The notes under the pieces are model-generated. The model searched no databases and was not told the origin of the DNA. It worked only from the letters and a program-made list of their open reading frames with translations. From Psammoneis japonica (Eukaryota), in NCBI GenBank assembly GCA_008632985.1, contig QPGO01000148.1, positions 124,001-186,431 on the forward strand: a DNA stretch of 62,431 nt, written 5' to 3'. A program made the position numbers and the translations under genes. How positions within the stretch are numbered: position 1 is the first letter of the stretch; each line of letters starts with the position of its first letter. Shown here piece after piece: positions 13,040-23,221 of the stretch.

Positions 13040-14380
13040 ATTCACTTTGTCAGAGCCAGGACATGCGTTGAGTGCACGTGTGTGAGAAAGTGGTCCGTTT
13101 TAAGTGGCCGAACGATGTCGAAAGAACGCGAGAGCGAGGGCATGAGCAGCAGGTGGCAGAAATGCAAGCACTGAATTTTTCGATGCAACATGGACTTGAA
13201 TGGCCTCTGGTGCATGTGTTTGCATCAGTGTTTGTTCTCTGCATGCAAGCAGGTGCAGTGCCGGTTGGTTTTGCAACCCCGTTCTTGCAGCATTCTCTCT
13301 GTGTGGAAACACAGCATGCAGAGTGCACACCAACCACTGCTTTGTGTGAGTTGTTCTGCAAAAATGTTTTCTCTCACATCTTTGATCAACGAGTTTCCAC
13401 TCGCTTGGGTCTGCATGGAACCCATGCTTGTCACACAACAGATGGCAGTTGTGCCAGTAAATTGAGAAGTCCAGCCTTCTTGTGTTGTCATGAATGAAGG
13501 TTTTCAGAGACTCAAGGATGTTGGAATTGTGGAGCCCAATGCTGACATGATGGAGATGGCCATGTTTTCTTTGGCAGCTTGCGCCAATGTCAAAAGTCAT
13601 GCAAATCTTGGAGCTGTTCAAATCAAACATTTTCAGGTGCTTGTTTGGTGGATTCAAGATGGGCAGCATCATGGTCAACAGTTGACAGCTGGTGATGCAA
13701 CTGCAAATGTTTTGGCAACAGCTGGTGAGCCAAAGCTTCTTGTTAAAAGGAAAGGGAGAGTGCTGCTGTTTTGGTTGGCAACCTGGCAAAGTTCAAGCCT
13801 GAAAATTGCAATTTGCACAAGGGTGCATTCTTGAACTTGTTGTTGCAAAAGTTGAGCACTTTGAAGGCACCGTTGTGACATGTTGTCCATGCATGCTTGC
13901 ATTGCACCAAATGACTTTGTGAGTGAGGAAAAGCACATCATGTGGTGCCAGTTGCCACTTGTTGGTCTGCTTTTGAGGAAGACAATCTCACAGGTGCACT
14001 GCATGGTCAAAGAGCATCTGTTCAATGCCCCTGCCTGGCTGGGCTCAGATTTCCCCCAGTTTCTTGATGCTGCAGAGAAAATGGCTGTGCTGCTGTTTGG
14101 TCTTGGGTCAATCATTGCAATGGTGAAGGAGAGTTGAGCAAGCACACCGCTTTCTCCAAAAGTGCCATCAAAATGGTTCGTCACAAGCACAAAAGGGTGT
14201 GTCAATTCAAGAGACTTGCCAACAGGCTCACAAAGGCATTCATTGCCCTTGACAAGGATCCTGACTTGAGACACTTGGAACATCAGAAGGCCAACATGCT
14301 TTTGCACTGCAGCACTCAAACAACTGCTGATTCTGAGTTGGTGGAGTCCAGTTGTTTTCGACAACACATGCTGAGTTTTG
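13040..14380 (+). mobile_element. Degenerate CoDi-type copia relic (LTR end, PBS-like site, gag N-terminus), related to the 16.3-23.2 kb element
   Basis: attcattcac-tttgtcagagcc at ~13036-13057 mirrors the LTR-end/PBS junction at 16477-16498. ORF 13490-13834 (EGF..LKDV...LGAVQIKHFQVLVWWIQD) aligns with gag EGFTTLENI...LGTVQIKNLQAPVWWCQD. Confidence 0.75.
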
Positions 14381-15085
14381 ATTGGATGTGAACAATGTGG
14401 TTGCACTTCATGACTGAAGCTCCGTTCAACACATCCATGACCCATCTTGCTGCTTTTGTTTTGCATTGTGCATGTTCAACAATGTTTGGCAGTTCTGTTC
14501 AATGCATCCACGACCAATCGCTGCTTTTGTTTTGCATTGCACACTCAACAATGTTTGACTTCCATCACCATGGCTGACACCAACAGCAGCAACCATGTTT
14601 GTGACAAACAGATGGAGGTCAAGGGGTGATGGATCCAATGACAGGGCAAGGACACTGCTTCTCTCTTGCCCGCAGCAAAGCATTTCAGAAAGACTTGATT
14701 GTTGCTGTGGGGAGGAGATCACCTCACATGTGAGAGAACATTTGGAGCCCTTTTCCTGAAGTCACCAAGGACTGGCTTTCATGGAGATTGATGACCTTTG
14801 GCCTGATTGACACCTCAAGATGAAAATTGGCCATGGCTGGAAAGTTGCTTGCATGAAAAGTTGGACAGAGCACACCTCTGGGCCCTTTTGCCCTGAAACG
14901 TTTTGCTGTCTTACAGTCAAAGTTGACAAGAGAGACAACGGCAAACTTGTGCATGGAGATCAAGCCAAGATTGATGTTTTGTTGCATTCTGCAACAGAGC
15001 ACAATGGCAATTTTGGTGCTGTCAAGAAGTTTGATGAGGCATCAGGGCACCACAAGGCATGCCACCGGGTGTGCAATCATGAAAA

Positions 15086-15140
<55 letters not shown>

Positions 15141-16300
15141 TTCAGATTTCATGCAAACCCAAGAATCCAGTGTTGGTGGCCAGGAAACAAGAGCTGGAGG
15201 TCACAAAGTGTGACATTGATGAAAGTGGCATGCACCAGGGAAACCCTTTTGAAGGAATGCAGGACAACATTCCCTTTGTGTGGCTGGATCCACCTGTGGC
15301 CCCAGCTGCCACCCCATGCGATCATGGCGGTGTCGCTGAGAACTTTGAACTTGGAAGTGCCCACGAGAAAGCCATGGGTCACATGTTGGTCCTTTTACTT
15401 TTGGCAGTCAAAATCTGCAGAAGTTCAATTCATGGTGGAAGCGTTTGCCAATGAGAGTCTCACACTCGCCACGACAAAGGTTTTTTGCAATCATTTGTTT
15501 GCATGGTGTGTGAAGGAGCACCTGAAGGGCCAACTGGGCATTTTGCAACACACAACAATGCTTTCTTTCTCTTCTTTCTTGTGCACAATCTGCATTGTTG
15601 CTGTGTTCTGGAATCCAACAGAATTTGATGCACAGACAATGACTTGGAGGAGAAGATCTCCAAAGGTGTGGACACAGAGAACTCTGGTGAACAGAGCATG
15701 GTGTGATGAAAGTGCCGGTGCACGAAGTCTCCTGTGATTGCATTGAATCACCAAAGAAAAATTGCAAAAAGATGGGAATGCCCATGTGCTTTGGGTGCAG
15801 AAAGAACTTTCCAAAACTGGAGGTGAAGGCTGTGGCAAGTGCATGTTTGCTCAGTGCTGCGGCCGAGCATGCCAACAACGTGATTGGTGCGTTCATCGAT
15901 GTGTTGCCTTTTGCTTCAAAGACACACACAAAGCAACATGCAAGTCAGTCAGAAGTGTGAACAGAGAGAATCAGATGTGCTGATCATCTGCAATGCCAGC
16001 GATCATCCATCACATGAGCCAGCTCCACACAGATGTGACCATGTTGTGTCGTCCCGAGCCAAGACAGACAATTTCAGTCCCGAATGGAAAAAGAGAGCTT
16101 GCAGCTCAAGGTTGTAAAGTGCAGTGGCTAGTTTGAGCAAAGCCTTGTTCACAAGATCTGTGTTTTCGTGTTGCATGTTTGGTCCTTGGTGCCAACACTC
16201 TAGAGAGATGTCTCTCCGCGTTTTTGGGTTTGATGGTGCTGTTGAATTGCCGCATGTCAGCAGTGAACAAACCAAAACCATGACCCATGCCATGAAGTCA
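14380..16300 (+). pseudogene. Hypermutated duplicate (copy C) of the MYND gene and flanks (3600-5170)
   Basis: Colinear alignment, e.g. cctaatcggtacctc (3976) vs cctgattgacacctc (14802), gttaataag vs gttgacaag, ttgtacacgg vs ttgtgcatgg. Confidence 0.92.
15089..15136 (+). repeat. (AG)24 microsatellite
   Basis: Directly visible; corresponds to ggagaggcagag in the paralog at ~4258. Confidence 0.95.
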
Positions 16301-16303
16301 CAC

Positions 16304-16485
16304 CGAGTAAATCTGGATGGAGGGCTGTGTCACAATTGGTGATTGGTTAAGACATGTGGATTGAGTGGTGCTGCAGCGACACGCTCACAATCCAACCAGG
16401 TTTAGGTTCGCATTGACAGTGTTGCTGCTTTCTATTTAGACTTAAGGCACCGTGCTTGTTCTTTCATTGCATTGAGATTTGTTTG
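16304..16485 (+). repeat. 5' LTR
   Basis: Direct repeat of 22973-23156; starts CGAGTAAATC. Confidence 0.9.
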
Positions 16486-16944
16486 CTTTGTCAGAGCCAA
16501 GACGAAAAAGACAGAGCAAAATGGTCTCGAATGCAATCGTCATGGACGATTGTTTGTTGTGTTGTTTGCATGGAACGTGCAGCTGTAGAAACGGCACTGA
16601 ACTGCACGCAATGAGTCAGAATTCGGATTGATGCGCACGATGATGCGTCTTGTGTCGCTTGTTGTGACATCCACAAAAACAGCTTGCAATGGCAATGCTC
16701 GCAAAGATGGTCACTGTCCTCACACGTGCAATGGGTGTGAAGGGACTGCGGCATTGGGCGACATGCCCGAGCGTGTGCCCAATGATGTCGGTTGACATGA
16801 ACGACACAGGACTGATCACCCTGATGTCGGGTGGCTGTGTGAACCCGTTGTCACAACACAGAGAAAGTGCAGCCATCATGACCATGCAGACTCACAGCCA
16901 CATGCTCCCGGTGCAGGACCTTTGCACCCTTTCTCTGTTGTGGG

Positions 16945-18474
16945 ATGGCAGCAGTGGCAGCACCAGCAGCAGCACTTGCGGCGTCAGCCGCGGCAGCTGA
17001 CGTTGATGCAGTTTCACAAGTTTGTGGTGTTGCTGACCAGAACGCAAGGGCGAGGTTGGTCTTCTGTGAAGGGTTCACGACTTTGGAAAACATCGCAGTG
17101 ATGGAGAGTGATCACGATGTGGAAGACATGGCGCAAAGGGCGTCTCGTCACACGGTGGCCGACGGACGTGTGACTCTTGGGACTGTTCAGATCAAGAACT
17201 TGCAGGCACCAGTGTGGTGGTGCCAGGATTTGCTCAAACGGAATCAGCCATTGGTTGCGGCAGACTTCAATGTGGCAGCTGTGGCTGCGGCCCGGAATGG
17301 CAGGCGCATCGAAAAGGAGCGCACGGATTCAGACGCGTCGGCAAGCGGTCTCGTAAAGTTCAAGCCCGATGACTTCGATGTGTGCGAAGATGCTTTCCTG
17401 AATCTCTTGGCACAGAAATTTGGCATGTTGAAAGAACCCCTTCGCCATGTCGTGAGGACAATGCCAGCTCCGGCTGCATTCACGGATGCTCAACAACAGT
17501 GCATGTGCCAGATGCCATTGAATGGCACTGCACATGACGAGGACAACCGCAGTGTTTGCCGCATGTTGAAGGAATGCTTGGTCGACACGGCAGGATGGGC
17601 ATGGATCGAACCGTTCAATGCGACAGAAGACGGACGTGGAGCATTCAACGCATGGGTTGACCATTGCAATGGACAGGGCGAGTTGAGCAAGTGCATCCAT
17701 CTGGCTGCGGCAACTGTTGAAACCTTGTTTTGCAAAAAGGAAGGATCGCTCCCGTTCGAAAAGTTCAATGAGAAACTCACCAGTGCTTTCACCACTTTGA
17801 ACAAATCACCGGACGACCACAAATCTGAACGACAGAAAGTTGACATTCTTCTAAAAGGGATCCGAACGGATGACACTCGTCTTGTTGCAGCAACGGCTGT
17901 CATTGGCAGTCAGCACCCTCGTGACTTCGCGGGGGCATGTGCTTGTTTCTCATCCGAAGTCTCTCGTTTGCATGCAGGTGCTCAGTTGGAAGCCCGGCGT
18001 CACTCGAAGTGCAAGATTTCTGAAATGAGCCGTGGTGGCGGCGGTGGCCGCGGTTTTTATCGAGGTCGTGGTCGCGGAGGAAGATTTGGATGTGGGGGTG
18101 GATGCGGACGTGGTGGTGGCCGTCAAGGCAGAGGTGGCGACCACACTGCAATGATCAATGGAGTCAATGCATCCAACCCTGCAAGGAGCTTTAGCGCTCA
18201 AGAGTGGGAAAAGTTGCAGCACAATGGGGGCATGAGCCACGTGTTCCAAGCTCGCGAACGAATGGGTCATGGACGTGGTGGTGGCCGTGGGTCTCCCGCA
18301 GGTCGACAAGGACGTGATGCAGCTGAAGCCCAAGTCCATCAAGATGGCCAAGGCCAAACCCAACAACAGGATCAGGAGCAAAGGAGTGGCGGGCGTGGTC
18401 GCGGCGCTGACCGGGATCGCGGTGGACGCAATGGATGCGCCTTCGGTCGGGGAGCCTACAATGGTTCCACCTGA
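16945..18474 (+). CDS. Copia Gag (Tyr-depleted, RGG-rich C-terminus)
   Basis: 509-aa ORF with CoDi gag features (EPLR.VVR, DGRGAFNAW..H.NG.GE, RGRG tail). Only 2 Tyr. Confidence 0.85.
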   Translation: MAAVAAPAAALAASAAAADVDAVSQVCGVADQNARARLVFCEGFTTLENIAVMESDHDVEDMAQRASRHTVADGRVTLGTVQIKNLQAPVWWCQDLLKRNQPLVAADFNVAAVAAARNGRRIEKERTDSDASASGLVKFKPDDFDVCEDAFLNLLAQKFGMLKEPLRHVVRTMPAPAAFTDAQQQCMCQMPLNGTAHDEDNRSVCRMLKECLVDTAGWAWIEPFNATEDGRGAFNAWVDHCNGQGELSKCIHLAAATVETLFCKKEGSLPFEKFNEKLTSAFTTLNKSPDDHKSERQKVDILLKGIRTDDTRLVAATAVIGSQHPRDFAGACACFSSEVSRLHAGAQLEARRHSKCKISEMSRGGGGGRGFYRGRGRGGRFGCGGGCGRGGGRQGRGGDHTAMINGVNASNPARSFSAQEWEKLQHNGGMSHVFQARERMGHGRGGGRGSPAGRQGRDAAEAQVHQDGQGQTQQQDQEQRSGGRGRGADRDRGGRNGCAFGRGAYNGST

Positions 18475-18483
18475 CTCCTTGGG

Positions 18484-21400
18484 GTGGCAACAGCTGCTGG
18501 AGCATTGGCGCATTTGGCACACTTGTCGTTTTTGCTTGTGTTGCTCTTCTTGCTGTTGACCAAACCCCACCCAACATCTCATTTCAAAGGAAAGGCGACA
18601 AAGAGGCACATTGCCGTGACATCAAAACGTGTGATCCGATCGACGAGTTCTGCACAGATGACAAATTTGATGACACCTGGGTTTGTCGCTCGAAATGAAT
18701 GTGATGCTCACGTGGACACTTGTTGTGCTGGGGCGAACTGGAAGCTCATGGAGATGACAAATGAAGTGTGCAAGGTGCGCCCATTTCTGGACTCTTATGA
18801 GCCGATCAAACAGATTCCTGTGGCACGTTGTTGCACCGCATGGACAGATCCGGAAACGACTCGTGAACATTTGCTGGTTGGTGATCAAATGCTCTGGTTT
18901 GGGACCGACATGGAACACTCACTTTTGAATCCTAACCAACTCCGTGCGTGCAACACACCCGTACACGACAACCCTTACGATGCCCGAAACGGATTTGGCA
19001 TTGAAGCTGACGAAGCTTTCATCCCTTTCAATGCCACGGGGACAATTGTGTCTTTCAAGTCTCGTGTTCCAACGGATTGGGAAGTGCAGAACTTGCCGGT
19101 CATGCTGTTGACAGGTGACGTGTGGGATCCAGCACAGACAGACATGGGCTTGCTGGAGCGCACTAGAGAGCAGGCGGAGATGCGCACTGTTCGATCATCA
19201 ACCTCTGGCATGCGACAAGAACAGGTCTTGGAATTAAGGAGCGAGAAGGCAAAGTCCCAAGCAGCACGCTGGGGCAAGGTCAAAATGCAACTGTCGTCTG
19301 CATCTCCTGTCTGTCAACTTCAATCGTTTTGCGACAGGCTTGTCAGCTCAGTGAACGTGGCTTGCACACATCGCGATGACGTGGACAAGAGGCAGAGGGC
19401 AGTCAAAGATTTGTGCAGCAAGGATCGGCACTCGAAGGTTGACGCTGAAGAGCTGGCCCGAAAATGGAGTGTCGGTTTAGAAACGGCAAAAGATGCTCTC
19501 AATGTAACAACTCAGCGTGGTGTGCAAACGGCGACCCAGCCGATGTCACGAAGAGTGAGGGTGGATCATCTTGACTTGCATCGGAAGCGTCTGAAAGGAA
19601 CATGGTTTGTGGACACTTTGATGTCCAAGGTGAAGTCTTTGCTCGGTGACACGTGTGCCAATGTTTGTGCTCAGGGCAAATTCGTGAAGGTTGTGCCGAT
19701 GACCGCCAGGTCGGAGGCAGGTTTTTCTCTTGTTGAATTCACAGACGACGTGGGAGCACCAGAATGTCTCATGTCGGATGGGGCAGGAGAGTTCACAGGA
19801 AGGAGCACCGAATTTGTGAGACACGCACGACGTATGAGAATGCAATTGAGAACATCAGAGCAGGGTCGGAAGAACCAGAACCAGGCAGCGGAGCGCGAAA
19901 TTGGTTTCTCAGCCAAACGTTGGCGGCTGCGGATGACAAAGAAGAAGGCACCAAAGCGATCATGGGATTTTGGTCTTGTTTGCGAGTCAGAATTAGTGTC
20001 GCGCATGGCAAGAGGCAGGGATGAGAGGACTGGGTGTGAAGAGGTCACTGGGCAGACACCAGAGACAGGCGAGCATTTGGATTTTGGTTTCTACGATGTG
20101 GCACGGTGGTGGGACAGGCCCAACAAGCCGAGTGCAACTGACGATCCTCGAAGGCTTGGACGGTGGCTTGGCATCTCACACAAAGTTGGCTCGGACATGT
20201 GCCATTGGATTGTTGCAGAAAGTGGGAAGATTGTCTCCAAAACATCGGTCGAGCACGTGACACAGGCTGATGTGGTGCAACCGGATGTTCGCGTTAAGGT
20301 CGACAACTTTAATGAGCAGCTGGAGAAGCGATTGGACGACACCAACTTTGTCTTAAAAGGCGATGAAGCTGTGCCCGCATTCGTGTTGGACGATCTTGCA
20401 ATCGACGGCAACCTCGGTGTGGAATGTGAGGGTGGCATCACGCCAGAGGACGAGGAACATGGCAACATGCCATCACCCGACGAGTGACCAGACGACGACG
20501 ATGAGCAGGCAATCAATCAACACCTGGGAATGGAACTTGTGTTTGACATCGGAGCCGACGGCGAGTGACGTGGTGTTGCAACGAAACGTGCAAGAGGACA
20601 GGATGGGCGTCCAATTGGGACTCGGCATCAAAACCCATTGTTTGACACTCGCGAATGCAAAGTGGAATGTGCCGACGGAACCACAGATGAGCACACAGCC
20701 AATGTCATTGCCGAGAACATGTTTGCTCAGGTCGACAGTGGGGGCAACCAGCACTCTGTCTTACACGAGACACAGGACCACAAGAGGAGTGACGATGCGG
20801 TGTTGATTGCTGACGGCACTGCACGAACCACTGACGGGAAGGAGAAGAAGAAGATCACAACAAAAGGATGGAATTTGTTGGTCGGATGGAAGGATGGCAG
20901 CTCATCTTGGGTCAAACTCAAAGATCTAAAGGACTCCAACCCCATTGAAGTTGCTGAGCATGCTGTTGCGAACAGGTTGACGGAGGAACCTGCTTTTGCT
21001 TGGTGGGTCACACATGTCCTGCGCAAACGGAACCGCATTGCATCCAAGGTCAAGAAGAAGCACTGGCGCACGACTCACAAGTTTGGGGTCCGATTGCCCA
21101 AGTCCATGGAGGACGCTTTGCGGATTGATCAGGAAACGGGGACAGATTGTTGGGCTTGTGCAATCAACAAGGAGATGGCAAAGGCAAAGGTGGCATGGCG
21201 CGAGCACGAAGCTGAAACCCCTCAAGTCGTCCGGGAAGGCAAGAGCGCAACTTTGCGTGGTCATCAGGAGATCAGGTGCCACATGGTGTTCGACATTAAA
21301 ATGGATTTCACCAGAAAGGCAAGGTTTGTAGCTGGCGGACACACGACAGAGGCCCCGGCATCGATCACTTGCTCTGGCGTGGTTTCCAGAGACAGTGTGC

Positions 21401-22800
21401 GACTTGGATTCTTGTTGGCAGCCTTGAATGGCATCGACATTACGGCGATTGATCTGGAGAATGCTTGTCTCAATGCACCATGCGCAGAAAAGACATGGTT
21501 TGAAGGTGGAAAGGAATGCGGCGAGTACGAAGGAAAGGCACTTGTTGTCACTCGGGTGTCACATGGCTCAAAGAGCTTGGGATGCTCTTGGAGGTCTGCA
21601 CTGTCATCAGTCTTTTGCATGACTTGGGCTTCGAATCGACGAGAGCGGACCCAGATGTCTGCTTGCGTGCGGCGACTCGTGAGGATGGGCATGAGTGTCA
21701 TGAAATGCTTTTGGTTTGTGTCGATGACACACTGATCATTTCCCATCAAGGGAAGTCCATTGTTGCTGCAACAGGTGAACACTGTGCCGTGAAGCCCGGC
21801 AGCAAAGGAGAACCAGAAGTTTGTCTTGGAGCCAACGTTGAGAAGGTTCAGACTCAGGATGGGTGCACAATCTGGGCGAGTTCGCCGAGGTCACATGTCA
21901 AATCGGCGATTGAGACTGTGGAAGGCCTGTTGGATGAAGACGGCAACGGAGAGGTTCTGAAGAACAGTGCAAAGGATCCACTGCCCCTGAAATGCAAACC
22001 GGAGCTGGACATGACGGACGAGCCAGGCCCCGACTTGGTGGACAGGTGTTTGCAGCTGACAGGGATTTGTCGTTGGGCCATCGAGTTGGGTCGCATCGAC
22101 ATCTTGCATGAGGTTTCAATCCCATCTCAACATCAAGCTAATCCGAGGAAAGGACATCTTGAGGCATTGCATCATGTGTTTGCGCATGTGAAGAAACACC
22201 AGAACGTCGGACGCATCAGATTTGATCCAAAGGAACCGGTGATTGATGAATCTATTTTCAATTCGAACGCAGACTGGACCGAGTTTTACGGGGACATCGA
22301 GGAGGAACCACCACCACGGGCACCGAAGCCTCGTGGTGATCCGGCAAACGTCCGCACATTTGTTGATGCTAACCATGCAGGGAATGTTGTCACTCGCAGG
22401 TCGCACAGCGGGATTCTGACATTCGTCAATGACGCGCCAGTGGTGTGGTTCAGCAAGCGGCAGAACATGGTGGAATCGGCAACGTTTGGAAGTGAATTGG
22501 TTGCGATGCGGATTTGCAAGGAATTGATTGTTGCTTTGCGTTGCAAGCTTCGCATGTTTGGGGTTCCCCCTGAAGGACCGGCAAGTGTCTTTTGTGACAA
22601 TCGCGGTGTTGCAAAGAGTGCAAGTGCACCCGAGTCGGTTTTGCACAAGAAGCACAATGCCATCAACTGCCATGTTGTGTGAGAAGCGGTCGCAGCGGGA
22701 ATTGTTCGTGTTGGCAAGGAGGACATGGAAACGAACTTGGCCGATCTACTTGCGAAGGTGGTTGCAGGAGAGCGGCGATGGAAGCTTTGCTCGTGTGTTT
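18484..22800 (+). pseudogene. Copia Pol (protease, integrase, RT, RNase H) with TGA stops and a frameshift at ~21610
   Basis: ECDAHVDTCCAG protease, integrase core (DT...SDG...AEREIG), RT KARFVAGGH and CVDD, RNase H FVDANHAG...RRSHSG, NLADLLAK. Confidence 0.92.
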
Positions 22801-22972
22801 TTTGGCAATGTCCCGACACCAAGGCCAGGCACCTGTGGCTCGCGCCCACGTATCGTGGCCTCCCAAGCCAGCACATCTGGTGGTTTAATTTGGGTTCTTG
22901 TGGTTCACCTCTCTGTGAGAGGATGTTGCATGTTCAGACGAATCGGCATTGTCATTGCCGTTTCGCGGGGAC

Positions 22973-23156
22973 CGAGTAAATCTGGATGGAGGGCTATGTT
23001 ATAATTGGTGATTGGTTTTAAGATGTGTGGATCGAGTGGTGCTGCAGCGACACGCTCACAATCTAATCAGGTTTAGGTTCGCATTGACAGTGTCACTACT
23101 TTCTATTTAGACTTAGGGTATCGTGCTTGTTCTTTCGTTGCATCGAGATTTATTCG
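22973..23156 (+). repeat. 3' LTR
   Basis: Direct repeat of the 5' LTR; ends TTTATTCG; retains more TpA than the 5' LTR. Confidence 0.9.
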
Positions 23157-23221
23157 ACACCACACCGCGCGCATGCCGACACCGCGGTGCGTCGCACATC
23201 ACCGATGCTCACCATGTCACC

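Larger units (their letters stand above)
16304..23156 (+). mobile_element. Full-length CoDi-type Ty1/copia LTR retrotransposon, inactivated by hypermutation
   Basis: Two ~183-bp LTRs, ACAC(C) target-site duplication (16300, 23157), PBS-like TTTGTCAGAGCC, short purine tract GCGGGGA before the 3' LTR, and gag + PR-IN-RT-RH order. Confidence 0.95.

Noticed and set aside
7620..16300. Dozens of overlapping Cys/His/Gln-rich ORFs as novel genes or metal-binding proteins
   Set aside because: Explained by loss of TAA/TAG/TAY through TpA mutation; they overlie recognisable relics.
16945..22800. ADAR editing of element RNA or an alternative genetic code
   Set aside because: Both TA->TG and TA->CA occur on the same strand, the LTRs differ from each other, non-retroelement duplicates are hit, and neighbouring genes use Tyr normally.
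16304..23156. Classical RIP or APOBEC-type C->T editing as the cause
   Set aside because: Direction is wrong: TpA is lost, not gained, and conserved Tyr codons are the ancestral state.
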